The notes under the pieces were generated by a model. That model saw only the letters and a list, made by a program, of their open reading frames with translations, ran no database searches and was not told the origin of the DNA. The translations under genes and the position numbers were made by a program. Below, piece by piece: positions 23,159 through 36,908 of a DNA stretch of 64,000 nt. The DNA is from Phoronis australis (Eukaryota > Animalia > Phoronida), in the NCBI GenBank assembly GCA_002633005.1, contig NMRA01000326.1, positions 353,456 to 417,455 on the forward strand, read 5' to 3'. How positions within the stretch are numbered: position 1 is the stretch's first letter; every line of letters begins with the position of its first letter.

Positions 23159-25124
23159 CAAGGGAGGTAATACCCCTATTTTCAGTATAGTGTTTCGCAA
23201 GGCGGTTACTTCGAACCTAGACTCTATTAGCATTAGTCTGGTGTAGACCATTTGATCAATTTTTCATAATACTAAGCTATGATCGGAATTGTATGCGTAT
23301 TTCAACATTTCAATTTGTCTCTTATGCCTATCATTTTCTGTAAATTGTCCAAGAAAAATATTTATACTCAATTCTTTTGTTCACATGCTGTCCCTTTTTG
23401 GATAAACTTGATGAGTTTCGAAAAAGTCGACCTTGACCTCACCTTCCATTGACCAAATTGAATACAGAACCAGATGCCAGAGATCTCAAAAAGTGAGCTT
23501 GGGTTCGAGACTCAAGACCAGTTTACTGAGAAACAGCAATGGCCTCCGCAGACGGAGAGCTAGAAGCTGAGATATTCGTCGTGTTAATCTAACGTATCTC
23601 TCTATGTCTTCATCTTATCACTTAGCCCGAACCTGGGATACAACTGTTCTGCTCCCCCGTCTCATACGCCTATGCAGGTCACTACCAACAACCTTCTGAC
23701 CTTCCGCTTGCAACTATAATCTGGTACACTTGCACTTAGTTCGCCTCACTTCATACCGCCCGGCCACCAACCAGATTCCGGCTTCTATATTCAACGATAA
23801 TTGAACCCCCATCCCCCTATGGTGCGCCGCCGATGTAACAGTTAGCAGATGTTAAGTGAACGTAAATTAAAACGATATTCACAAATTAAAAAATGTTTTT
23901 TGCACTTTGGCCTCGGGGTATGCTCGGAAACTGAGTATATCTAGCACAAAAAACAAAGGAACAACGTAGGTACCACTAGTCAGAAATATTTGCGGTCACT
24001 GTGAGTTCAAAGCTGCGAACTTCCGAAAGCACACATTTGATGAGAAAACAAAAGTTCAATCATTTCTAAGTAAACGTGGTATCAGAATTCTAGTTTAATT
24101 CCTCCAATGTGACTTACGTTTCACTGAAAGATATGTGTTTATTGGCAGAGCAATGTGCTTCAAAATGTTAACATATTTCATATTTTTGAACGCAGTAGTT
24201 CTTGCAACCCTGGGTGGGGTTAGTATGGCATTTATAGTAAACACGTTCGAGCCATGGTTGCACACACATTTTCCATAAGGAAAATTTCATTGCTATTTTT
24301 GGTGTTCAAAGACTACAATTACACCGTTGTTTTTAATTCCTCGTGGTAAAAGTGTACTTCTTTAAGATTTCAACATGTTATTCAAAGTTTACGAGAATAC
24401 ACGCACGCAGAAACGCACCAGTCATCTAACATGTGTTCAAATTACCTAGAGCACTGAAAATGCATATCTAGTTTTGGCATGTTGGAGCGCGATAGTATGA
24501 GCGAGGTAACGCAATAGTTCGGATATCTGTGGACCGAACTTACCCCGGAGATTGATCAGACATGCTCAGCGGCGGAACCATACATTGCATATCGTAGACT
24601 CCCTGGAAATTCCCAAGTTTTCACGTAGGTTTCAAGCGTGAAACTGAGAGAATTTAACAAAAAATTCTATTATTCGAAAATTGGACCAAACAACCGCCGG
24701 TTGAAATGCATGGCGACATTTCGCGAGTTTATCGCGTCTGCGGAACGTACGCCCGGTCTCTCCTACTTCTAAGGATTATCGAAGAGTAATATTTTAGGTG
24801 CACGGCACTTCTCAAAGCCCAGATTAAACATTTGTTTTACTGCAGTGATTTTACCTAGGAAACAGATCGCGCCAGTACGTTTAAAGAGCCACTGGACCCC
24901 TGCTTCTTGTCAAAAACCAAGTTTTTTATTTAAGCTACATGGAGTTATAAATTGGTTTTATCTGCTCTCTGTACAGTTTACAAAGAATCTTTGTGCTCGG
25001 GATGAGCTGACGTGACTTCGTAATGTCTTCAGACCAAGCTCTTGAAATTTCAGGTCACATGACCTTGAACAGAAGAAATAACACACTGGGATTTCTGCTC
25101 AAATCCCAAAACCACTTCTCATCT

Positions 25125-25323
25125 GAGCAAGGTACACTAGTCCAATTTCATAGTGGCAAGTGGTCTAAATCAAAAGAGCAAGGTACTAGTCCAATTTCAT
25201 AGTGGCAAGTGGTCTAAATCAAAAGAGCAAGGTACTAGTCCAATTTCATAGTGGCAAGTGGTCTAAATCAAAAGAGCAAGGTACTAGTCCAATTTCATAG
25301 TGGCAAGTGGTCTAAATCAAAAG
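25125..25323. repeat. 49-bp tandem repeat, 4 copies
   Basis: Unit gagcaaggtactagtccaatttcatagtggcaagtggtctaaatcaaaa. Confidence 0.97.
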
Positions 25324-25833
25324 CTAGTCTCTTCGACGGAGAGGCAGGTTTTATAGCCGTCTTATTTAAAAACTGTCTCATTGATATTTTGCGCTCATAT
25401 AGACTGTCGCCTGTGAAAGCGAAAAACCATTTCAATAGAAAGGCAATTGGAACTTTGCATTCTGGTAAATTGAAAAAAACAAGATAACATGCTAATAGAT
25501 TCCACGTAAGCCTCAGCAGCTGGACAATGAGTAACCGAAACAATAGCAAGTGACAAAAACCACTCGTCGAGACAGCAGTTTGTCCCCCGTGTCTTGTTCC
25601 CGTTACCCACCAGAGGAAAGACGAAAAACTCATTATGCCATGACAAGTTTGTCTGTCGTCACTCGTTCCCTTCACCCATCCGAGAAGGATGATACCTCAA
25701 GTACCCACCCAAGACGATATCTCATCTGAAAGCTGAAACTGCGATGCCTGAGAGAACAAAGCACCCACTCGAGTGTGCAGTCGCATCCAATGCACCCTTC
25801 TAATGGGACAAATCTCTGTCCCCAATAAACATT

Positions 25834-26043
25834 CACGGTGGCGGATTTAGGGGGGGAGGTTTAGGAGCCATGGCCCTCCCCCTAAAATTCTCCCAGATAC
25901 CATTTGGCAGTTCGGGGTGCGAATTGCTGTCTAGCATATGCGCGCACACAGGGGGAGCGGGGGGGGGCTCGNCCCGGTCACCGTTTTTTTTAGTAATACG
26001 GTCCACAAACCCAAAAATTCGAGACCCCTGCAATACGCCTCTG
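25834..26043. mobile_element. Short GC-rich MITE-like repeat
   Basis: Starts ggcggatttagggggg and ends atacgcctctg. A related end (cccctaaatctgcctatg) is near 10967 and a related element is near 36165. Confidence 0.5.
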
Positions 26044-27071
26044 ATTCACTGTAATAGTCAACCGATTTTGATGCGGATTAAAATTGTAATGTCCAAGCGT
26101 TTTCTACCATGAACAACGTAAAGAAAATGATGCTACGGGCAGGCCCCCTCACAATGAACGACATATTAAAGTTTGTAATGTGATTTTCATTCATTGTTTC
26201 AATATAGTAGATATGACAATCAACTTTGTCGGTTGAATGCATTTTTGTTCAATTCCGGATATTTTACTTACAATAATTACAGATTTTTTTCTGCCCAGGT
26301 TCTTATCATTTCACTCGAATTTTTGACATTCAATATTCTACTTAAGTACGGCCCCAAGATTATTGTGGTTGAGTGTATAATTTTGAGCCTGAAAATGAAA
26401 TTTCGAGTTTTTACTTAAAATGTCTAATTTGAGTAATCAAGTGCGACCTTGGACTAAGAATTTACCTGCGTAAACCATAGGATACTCAAGCACACAGTAA
26501 CAAATAATTATACCGAGTTCGATTTCGAGTCAAACCAGTAGACCCCGGCACCAGTGCTTTGAAGTATTACTATTTCTATAATTTCGTTTTTTTTATAAAA
26601 ATCGACTAAGAGTTGCAAAATATGTTTTCAATAGTCGTCCGAAAGACTCTTATACATGCGCGCACCCAGCCTCTAATACGGGGGGGGCTCGAATTTCGGA
26701 CGGCGTGGACATTTTGCTTACTTGCTGACAAAAAAGCGGGGGGGCTCATTCGAGCCACTCGTGGGTGAGCACATGTTATATTGTCGGAAGTCAGAACAGA
26801 AAACATTTGCTCATTAGTAAGCTGAACCAGACACCCATATGGCGAGACCAGGTCTTATTCAAGTTTGACACACTCCTGAAATAAGAGTTGGTGCCGGATC
26901 TTCAATGAATTACCGCACTGTACTCTGATTAGCTCCAGCTGGATATATATGCTGCCTAAATGACCTAGAAGGCCGACGCTTTTCATTCACATTCAATTTT
27001 AAACAGCTATATTCTTTAGTCGCCCATTCTAGGTGGCTAAAAACAGAAATCGAATTTGACCTCACACATAC

Positions 27072-27500
27072 ATGAAGTCGGTCTTGTAATATTCCGTGCA
27101 GGGCTAGGATTGCATTGCCGTCTGCAAAAAGAACAATGAAACCATTAGAAACTCAAGAAAAAAGCGTCAGAGTTTACTACGGTTGACCGGTCCTAAAATT
27201 TCGATTTCGAAAACGGCGCATGTAGCATCGCCAAGTTGGTAACAGAAATGGAATCTGATCGCCGTCAGGAATACCACAAGACAGATTTTAGGAGGACAAA
27301 ATGGCCAATTCGATTTTCCAACGAAACAGGGCGAAAAACTGCTTTGAGAAAAACAAGAATTTAAAAGGATTCCATACCCGGTTTTGTCCTACTAACAGAC
27401 ACTAAAAACGACATTGCCATACAATTCCATGAAACAAAATGCTCGATAACCTTTGACAACCCTCACAAGTTTGGAGGAAATTTTGAGAACTTTCGAAGTC
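27072..27500 (-). promoter_or_regulatory. Candidate 5'UTR exons and promoter of the RBM12-like gene
   Basis: Minus-strand donor CGG|gtatgg at 27377, then a 50-nt exon 27121-27072 (acceptor ttctttttgcag, donor |gtatgt), in a CpG-richer region. Inferred from splice signals only. Confidence 0.4.
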
Positions 27501-28100
27501 TTGAAAACGGGCACGCGTGGCCTACGCTTTTAGCGAGTTGCGAGACAACTGCGGAGAAAGACCACCCACCAAGAACCGCAATACCCAATCTGTGATAGAG
27601 AGTATACGTTTTAGTCGATTCATAGGCGCAAATGATGCATTAGCAGGTGACAGAAAGAGGACTGGCTGAAATCATCAAAACACTAAGGTTTAGTGTCCTT
27701 TTAATATAATATTAAATTGGACGAACTGGCCTTGTTTTTGAGAGCTTCGCCAGATTCTAATGCTAATAAAAAATTGATGCGATACAACGCATTCTCCATT
27801 TATAGTCACATAATTTGCGCTGTCTGATCGAAGTTCACACACGCGCAGACATTAACCACCTCCGAGGGATAATTTGAGGCTACGAAAAACTCGCAGATTT
27901 CCGGATGAAAACGTTTTAAAGCACCCAAATCTTTCCAAAACCTATCATGAACACGAAAACGTGAAATGGAGTGATAAACAGACTTAGTAACGCATGACCT
28001 TAATTCTGCATTATTCCCGCATTTAACCTATTGAGAAGCTATAGTGTGACGTACTTATTTATGACATCATCTTTTGCACCACAGTACGTTATCAAGCAGA

Positions 28101-28776
28101 ATGATTTTTATACGAAGTGTAGAAAGGGTGAGTTTGGCATTTATTGGCAGATCCAAAGTACTTACACGGCAACTCCCAGGAAGCCGGATAACGTATGGAC
28201 TTACACGAATACGGCCATAATTATAGCCAACGTGTATAACATTAAACTGGCTTCACAAACTGTACCAACGGATACTAAACATTTCTGTTTGCATGGTCTT
28301 AGTCTGTAACAGCGCATATATACGCCCTCTCACAAATCCATGGGTTTGAAAATATATCAACTTTTCTGCCAGTGACCTCTTTCAATTTAGGCAAGTTGGA
28401 TGTAGACCCATATAGTTGGATTCCAAGTTCCAGTTTAAAGGAGACATTTTTATGCTTACAAGTAATCACACACCATTAAAGTGGAGTGCGATACATAACT
28501 GCAGTGGAAACCATGAGATTTATTTTGTAGTTCAATAAATGTGGTGGAGGTGACGCCACATCCACACGTCTAGAAGAGATACCGTCGTACCGCCTACCAG
28601 CCGAACCCATGGGCTTGATGGATGTACTGGAGAGATCCAATTGTCGAAGCAGTGAACTACCCATGGCAAGGTCAGTGCGGAAACAGAAGAAACGAGACAC
28701 ATCGTGGACTGCACAAGTGTCCATATGCGCCGCTGCCACAACTGTGGCGTTTTTAGTGTTTCGTTGGACATGCTGA
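28101..28776 (+). CDS. Candidate two-exon 90-aa microprotein with a C-terminal hydrophobic segment
   Basis: Exons 28101-28127 (AGG|gtgagt) and 28531-28776 (ttattttgtag|), joined in phase 0. No recognised homolog. Confidence 0.25.
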
Positions 28777-31019
28777 AGTTCGCCGTGTGGTTGTATTCAT
28801 AATGACAGAAGAAAGTATGGAGTCAGTATGGATATTGGACAGGCAAGCCAACATGAGAGCAGTGGTCATTTTATATGGCAACTAGCATCACCTTTGGACT
28901 TGCCCAGGAGCACAATTTAATAATCCCACAAATTTTGTCAGATTATGGAAGAACCATGTTACACAATACAATCCCAGCAGAGTGTGCATAACTCAAGCAT
29001 TGTATCCAAGTTTGTACTGGGGGAACACCATATGGGTTTCTCCCTCGATTTCAGGAGTGTTAGCATAGTGCCTTAAACTTGTATATTTCTAGAAATGTAA
29101 GCCTCAGAACCATTAAAGCTTATCTTGAACGCCGTAACACCGGTAAATTTGGCTTCTACAATATGTTAGGTACATCGCTCTTGATATTTGAGTGTTAGAG
29201 AGCACACTTTTTACTTCCATAAATCTTAGATAATTAAGTTTTCACGAAAATCATACTTGTGAAAGTGTTGAAGAGCAGACTTAATTCTTCACATGATGTA
29301 ATGGTTTCGTTTACCGAACGCGTACTATTTACAGTTCTTGATGAATGATCTTCTATACAGGAGAATCAAGTTATTTACATGCATTACCATGCGAGAGATA
29401 ATTTTGGCTGTGGTTTGTAAACGAGTTCGCAGTATGCCTATTAAGGATATATATTAGGTGGCTGGTGAGAACGGCTTTGCTTCCCATTGACCACGAAGTA
29501 GTGAGATAAAGAACTGGGCACTGGGTCTAACTCGACAGCGAAATAATTAGTAACATGTGTCGCTCTACTTTTGTGTCAACTCTAGATAGGTGTCTTATAA
29601 ATATTCTGTGCTCTAGTACGTTACGGTTTATGTGGACAACTGTCCTAGTTTGCACTTGATGACCCCAGCATTTAAATCATAATTTCAAGTCTGAACTCGA
29701 AATCTCGAGTTTCCACTCGAGTTTGTTGCTCAAGTCTATGGGTCATCGGGTGTGAACTCGGACTAGACACTAACCTGTGCAAGCCAAAGTATTTCCGAGC
29801 ACAGAATAACACTCTTTAAGTTTACTAGAGTACGTATTAAAGTAGGCCTAGAACGGAAAATGCGGAAAATAATTTCAAGAACGAAAATTAGACACCCCGG
29901 TCCTTTTGCTCCTAGCTATGGTTGAGCAACGTGTTTCTAAAACCAGAGACCCGACAGACACCCTGCGATTAATATCTTGGGTAGACCAACGCTACCACAA
30001 ATGATAATTGTTGGCTGGCCAATGCCCTGCACGGTGCGTTCGGTAATGGAAATTAATTCACCCGGCAGGGTATTGAAAGGTTTGAGACGCACTTTGCACT
30101 ACGAAACTGGTTTGCTTTACGAGTGAGAAGAAAATGTCCTTTTAAACGGAGAGTTCTATGTGCTGACTAAAACGACTAACAAATTTTCCGTCAGTTGCAG
30201 AAAATTATTGTCATCACCAAACGTCACACAAAACATTAACTGCTGGGATTCATTTACATGTCTGCAGCACCCACTCCCCTTAAAAGTTGGCCTTGGTCTC
30301 AGCTTAGATGGTCTTGTGTTTATTTTCTTAGCGGACAATGAATTAAAGTGGTTTATGAAAGTGGGACCTCAGATTTTTGGATTACGTTTACGTCAGGAGC
30401 AATGCAAAAACGTGTTTATGACTGCCTTTAGCTACGATAAGACGCACGACCTTTGATAAAACGGGCAACAGGTCTTGAAGCAACTCAGTAGTAAGACACC
30501 AGTCAGCAGCAGGTGGTGGATAATGGTGGAAACTCTTCGGAGGTGGGGCTCTTCGCCAAAGTGCTAGATTAGAAGAGTACTACCCAAGTGAAGTAGACTG
30601 ATTGAGGTTGCGACAAGAGGGCGCCAGCAAAAGTGATGGTGACAAGTGGACAGTTCAATCACCACACCACATCTGAACGACCGACAATGAAGAGACATTT
30701 TGTCCGTTTCCAGACTGACGCTCGTGCTATACCACGGAATATTGTGTATTCGTCGCAGTTTCAGGAGTGGTCGAGGTTCAGGTTGTGTTTTGTTGCACGT
30801 TTATGGGATGAAAAACAGAATAACTTCCCCTCATCCAAAACCGATTCCTTTCAATGTCTGCCTTAGCAAGAGCTACGAACAATAACCACAGATTGTCGCG
30901 GGCGACTGTCAATCTCATATGATTTTCTGTGTGAACGGTTTAGAGGTTTCTCAGGCCCACGAATCCGCCAAATGAGATAAACTTCAGTACTCACATTTCA
31001 CAACCCAGATATTCAGGAA

Positions 31020-31175
31020 CAGTGCTGTAGTGGGGCGTAGGCGCGCGTAGGCGCAGCCAACCACCTTTTGGCATTTGAACATAGAGCCTACACACTGTAA
31101 GTTACGTTCCGTGCTAAAGGTGATACCGTGGGCTTTGGGAGCCTAATTACCTCTAATTTTACCACTACAGCACTG
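31020..31175. mobile_element. hAT-type MITE
   Basis: Perfect 14-bp TIR cagtgctgtagtgg / ccactacagcactg; degenerate 8-bp TSD ttcaggaa / cttaggaa. Confidence 0.75.
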
Positions 31176-33219
31176 CTTAGGAATGTACATGGATGGGACT
31201 GGGGAAGTCTTGGCTCGTAAGTTTGTCGATTATGCGTCTGTTGACCTATCAGGAATAGTATATCACGTGACATGTCATGACCAATTCCAATCGGTATTGG
31301 AACTGGACCATTTTCTCCGGATTTCTCGAAGAGTCGTGTACCACAATGTCGGGACTTCACGTAAGTAGGTCTAGGATGCCTTATAACCCTTTGTTTCTTA
31401 GAAGAGTTCCATTTCTCAATGACTTCATGCGCGACTGTTCTTCGCTTCATGGTAGCACTTGCAATTCAGATACAGTCACTAACGTCACGCAACAACTTTC
31501 ATGTCACTGACCAATTTACATTGGTCTTCTGTTCCTTTGTAACATTTTCTAATAGTTATCTGTCTGTGCTTCTATTCAAACCCAACACTTGTAGAACGGT
31601 CACTATGTTCAATCACACGCTGCATCATTGAGTTCCTTTCATGCATTCGCAAATAAATCCCTCTCAACCGACTGCAGGCTGTGGTCATTCTAGAGAGCTC
31701 TCACCATCATCAGGTTCGACTTCCAAAATGTTTATTTCCAAAGTATACTATAAACACAAGTGCTTATAAATACTCATCTATGGAATAATACGCATACAAC
31801 TTGCATTTACATTCACGCTTGCCAAGACGTTAACAGTACAGCCACGACCATGCTCGTTTTTTGTAGCATGTTCGCAAAGACTGTAATTCAAAACAAAGAT
31901 CGAAAAAGGAAGGAGGAATAAGGCGCAAGATTGTACTACATAGGAGGCCCTTTCAATTTTTCAACTAGAAATATGGATTTGTTTCGAAGTGTCATTTGCC
32001 TATCCCCAACCCCAAACGGCTAATAGGAGCCGAACCAGTGAGCTGCACAATAAATTCTAACCTAGGAGAGCGAGCAGGTTTCGCGTGTATGGTGTAACCA
32101 GCCAGCTACTTGAATGAAGACTGACATACGCCCATGGGATACAGGACTTTGACATCAAGTATTTTTAAAAAGGACATTCACAAGTCTGCGCATGTGAAAT
32201 TTAATCATATAAGGCAACTGGATATTTTTTCCCATTTAAAATTGTACTGAACATTCGTTATTGTCGCCGGTTCACTTTTTTGATTTGGAGACCCGATTTT
32301 TTCCCAAACGATAACAATTTCTCGTTTTTAACTACTTATATCATTTGTTTGATATGCCAACCGCTCTTTTCAGTCAAATGGAATACATCTGTGCAACTAG
32401 TGAATTTATAGAAACGGGAATATACTTGTCGCCAATCTATTATCGGTAATGACCGACACATTATGCTTGTGGAAATAATCGTATGAACTGATGCTACAAC
32501 TTGTAACACTACACTTATGCACTTTATAATGTTGTGTTGAGTCACCTCACGTGAAAATATTCACGTGGTTATGATATATGCGCTGTTTCATTCCAAATTT
32601 TGCGCGCATGCAAATTAGAAAAAAAAATGTTACTATGGTTTACTCTAAATTCCACAAAGAAGTGCGATAGAAATATTTCATGGTGCTTTCTAGATGTACT
32701 GACGATGTCATTTATGGTATAGACGAAGTCAAGTGCATTATCGTATTGGCAATACACTGTGGAACGTAAACGTGTGTAACATGCGTTACGGAAACATTCG
32801 TTACTATGAAATACGAAAATTGTTGTCAGAATCAAAATTATGGCTCCATTTGTTCGTTAGTCACATGAAGTTGTACGTCACATCCGTTCCTGACAGCAGA
32901 CGACAACGAAGAATTCAAGAAATTGGTGAAAACTACATTAGCAGGTTAGTGATGTTCCTTTGTCGAGTTAATGTTGCTATTTTGGTTAAAAAATTATTCT
33001 ATACCCTAAAGATTACTGTGTTGACATCAAATATGTCCAGCAGTATGACTTTGAGTGTTCTATTCTTGACCACGTCTTTCAATTTAATAGGAATCAATTG
33101 AAAAACAAACGTTACTTTCGGTAACGTATGTTTCATAATCTTAAACCGGCTTATTTCACTCAGTCTTTTATTTTGTCGTTTAGGCCTTTTACTGGAAGTC
33201 TTTTGCAAAGGCCTTAACT

Positions 33220-35350
33220 AGAGCGGAAATGCAGAGGAACTATAGAGAGCGAAAAAAAAAAACAAAAAGGCGACAGTCCGTGGCTGGTCTGCTAAGAGTC
33301 TAAACGAAGAGAGAAACTTGAAGACTACAGAAAGAGATCGGAAACATAGGATGAAGATCCAGGAACAAATGAGACGACAGCCTGGGCAAACGGACTCCAG
33401 TGGCTACGACATTACCTCGACTACACCTGGGGATCCGTACAAGCTGGTGATGAAATGGCCGTCCGCAATAAGAAACGGACCGCGCAAAAGAATAAATAAA
33501 GCACTGTCAAAAGCACATAGAAATGTGAAAAATTAACGAACGAGAATCAAGTACAGAGAAAAAAGGTAAAAGCAATTCAACGAAAAGTGCAGCGGATGGC
33601 AGCGAATAAGATTTGCTCGACACCCAAAAGTAAAACTAATGAAACGATGAAACAGTTGCGGCTTACCGGCTCCAACAAGCACGGGGTTGAAGTTAGTAGA
33701 AAGCTTTTGATGTCTAACGTGATTACTGATGAGATTACGCGAAAGGTTTCAACTACAGACCAGCACAGGGAGAGAAGTGTTTATGGATTATTCGCTGGAA
33801 AGCTTGTAGCTGAGTACAGGTGTATGTCAAGCTTTTAAGCAAGTATGCAAGCCTCAACAGTAACATGGTTGCAAGGGTGATCAAACAAGGAGTAAACAAA
33901 GTAAAGTAAAATAGAAACAGGGCCCTTATGAAATACCAACATAGTGTTTCATGGTTTCTCGAAATAGAAGACAATTGTCGGGTTAATCCTGGAAAAAAAG
34001 ACGCCGTGACTTGCGAAGAAGGGAAAGTTTAAACCAAGGTATTGACCGACTACATAGATAATTTGCACCAGAAGTACCTGTCTGAGAACCCACATGTCTC
34101 ATTGTCCCTGTCCACGTTCAAGAGGACCAGACCAAAGTATCTACTGCCGACTAAGATCATGAGCAGGAGCACCTGTTCATGCACTAAACTACAGAACTCC
34201 GCATTCAAGCTCAAAATGCTGAAATTTGCAGGTGTTTCAACAGCTTCCAACCCTGAAGACTTCATACGTCAAGGCGTGGTAGCTGACTATTCTAGATTAC
34301 CCGCGAAAGTATCTTATTACATATGGAAGCGCATCAAAGATGGAGACGGAAAACAGATGAATATCGTTCAAGAAGAAATGCAGAGGGACTTCAAACATCA
34401 CACCGGAAGAATGCAAAAGCAATACTCAGAGATTAGAAACATAAAGCAAAACCTTCCTGAGAACGAAGTTATTCTTCACATGGACACATTCCTTAAAACA
34501 CAAGAGCTTTGTGGCTGTGTCGGATTGCCTTACACATGCTTCTTCAACTGTTCTTGCAATCCTGAAAGAGTTCTTTAAAACCGTTCTCCCAGAGCTTGTT
34601 GAACACGTCCACTACAAGACTGATAGCCCAACAAGTCAATACCGGAATAGATAAATTTTTGAAACAATAATGAACAAGTCTACAATTGACTGCCATGCGA
34701 CGTGGAAATATTTTGAAGGTCATGGCAAGGCTGCTTGTGATGGGATCGGTAGCACAGCGAAACGAAAGGACCGCTGGGGCAGTGAATGTACAACGAGCAA
34801 TAATTCAAAGATGCACAAGATTTCTTCAAGTAGGGAAACCATTCAGGCATCAAAAGTATTCGCTTCTTCTCTGTAGAAAATGAAAAGTGTGAAAAGGCAG
34901 CTGAAGAAATTAAGTCGTGTCAACTTCTGCCAGTCAAAGGTACGATGTCATTTCATGCGTGCAGAAGTAACTGGAAAGACCTCAGGTCAGCAAGCAGGTC
35001 ATGTCATTGTGTACACTGTCGATTGGGAAATCTGTGCGATAACTGGAACTTAGCAGCAAGTGTTCCTGAACCCAGCCCTGAAGAAGATTCTGTCACCGAG
35101 ACAGCCTCTGGGACAACTTGTGAACAAAAGGCGTATCAAGTTGGCGACTTTGTAGCTGCTAATGCTATCTACTTGGACCAGTGTTACGTGGGAAAATAAT
35201 TGCGATCGACAGTGAAGACGGCGAGGTTGAAATTTCATTCATGCAACAAAGGGGGAGCCTTTTCCAGAAGCCTTCAACAGAGGACACATTGTGGGTCACC
35301 TGTCAACAATATTCTGTGCAAGTTACAAGCGCCTACTTGAACGGGAAAAT
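33220..35350 (+). pseudogene. Decayed DNA-transposon transposase (Sola2-like), multiple frameshifts and stops
   Basis: Motifs across broken frames: STFKRTRPKY..STCSCTKLQN, NEVILHMD, DSPTSQYRN, WKYFE-GHGKAACDGIGSTAKR, SCHCVHC. The superfamily was assigned from remembered motifs. Confidence 0.7.
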
Positions 35351-35879
35351 CGGCCAGAATGTTTTGCCTTGCTCGCCAAGACAGGGATCAAGTCGAGTTG
35401 TTTTCGGGATGACAGTGATTTCCTGCTTTCGTCGACCACCGTCATGGATACTCTCGTGCTCGTAGCTAACCAGTGATACTGACATTTATTTGATCATTAA
35501 GATTTAAGTAACTATTGATTGAGCGGGTACAGGTGCTCTCCTGATATTTCCGGAGGCACAAGTTCTGATTCATAATTCGTTTTGAGTGAGATTTCGATCT
35601 TTAGAGGAATCGACAACTTTATCTGAAACATTCATTACCGTTGGCACATGGTGTTGGTCTCTTGTTTAGAGTAAAACAAGTTAGTTGTTGGTATGTATTT
35701 TGACTGCATCGCAAGGGTTTCTCGTAAAGAACACCGCAAATAAATTATAATTCAATGTTTTTGTTTCACCAATTTTGTTGTAACATTCGTTACCTTTAAG
35801 CTTCAAGTGTGAATAACTTCCGAAATTCTGAAAATGTTGTCAGATCAGCGAACAAATGACTTACTATGCGAGACATTAA

Positions 35880-36908
35880 CAGCCGATTTCATAAAGCTGG
35901 TTTAATTTTTAGACCAGTGGTCTAGTAAAACCTGAATTAACTCCAGTTTAGACCTGGTCTATATTCATTAGACCTGTATTAAGATCTTAAACCAGGGTTT
36001 AACTTTAGACTTGGTCAGACCCAGGTTTAACTGTTGAATATGACAGACTTGCACGATATAAGTGCTACTGAATGATACCACAGAGTGCATTTGCGACGCA
36101 GTTTTAGAGCGAAAAGGGACTATTTTCAATATTCACTTTTATGACAACACAAGATAAAACGTAGTAGGGGCGGATCCAGGATTTTTTAAAGGGGATGGGG
36201 CGGCAAAGGACTTTTTAAAAGGGGGACTAAGTCAACAATTTGAAAATTATAGATTTGATATCACTAAAATCAAGGGAAAAAAGGGGGTCCGGACCCCTTG
36301 GATCCGCCTATGCGTAGACCAGTACGTGATAGGTGTCCTCAGAATACAACTGGTCGAGCAGAGCGTCATCGTCGTAAGCGCAACGGGTTTGACTAAAGAC
36401 CGCATCTTCTGATTCTTCAGAGTTCCACCTCCACTGGTCTCCGATGTAATGTTGCCGAGAAGGGGTCTTGGCCCCCCTTAGGCCACGAAAAATAAACACT
36501 AAAATGACACGGAAATAAAATTGGGCATTTATCATGTTACATCTAATTGTGAGCATGTACTTTAATGTGTGTTCGTGTGTTGGGCACAGACATATTTTTC
36601 CTCATGAGAAAAGCTTTTAGACCTTTTTCTACTAGTGTGTGCCATTGTATACCCACGTGATCAAGGTTTCATTGAAGCACTTCAATAGATTCATGTTGGG
36701 TTAATCCAGATCGACACAATAGGGTGGCTTAGATACTTTAAAACTGTTTTTCTAAACCCTCTCCCTGGTCTAACAAAACCAGGCCTTCAGACTTTCAAAC
36801 CACGTTGGTGAAATGCAAGTTAGGTCTAAAATTAGACCAGGTTTAAGTCTTAAACCTGGTTTAAGCCTTAAATCTGGTTTTGTTAAACCACCTTTATGAA
36901 ATCGGCTG
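35880..36908. mobile_element. Non-autonomous PIF/Harbinger element with a nested small MITE (about 36165-36310)
   Basis: TIR cagccgatttcataaag / ctttatgaaatcggctg; TSD TAA on both sides; subterminal aaaccagg/cctggttt arrays; nested taggggcggatcca..tggatccgccta. Confidence 0.88.

Noticed and set aside
28101-28776. Naming the candidate microprotein TRIQK (a vertebrate 8q22 neighbour)
   Set aside because: The resemblance is superficial (DAT..L...YR, basic patch plus hydrophobic tail) and the QxxK/R motifs are not evident.
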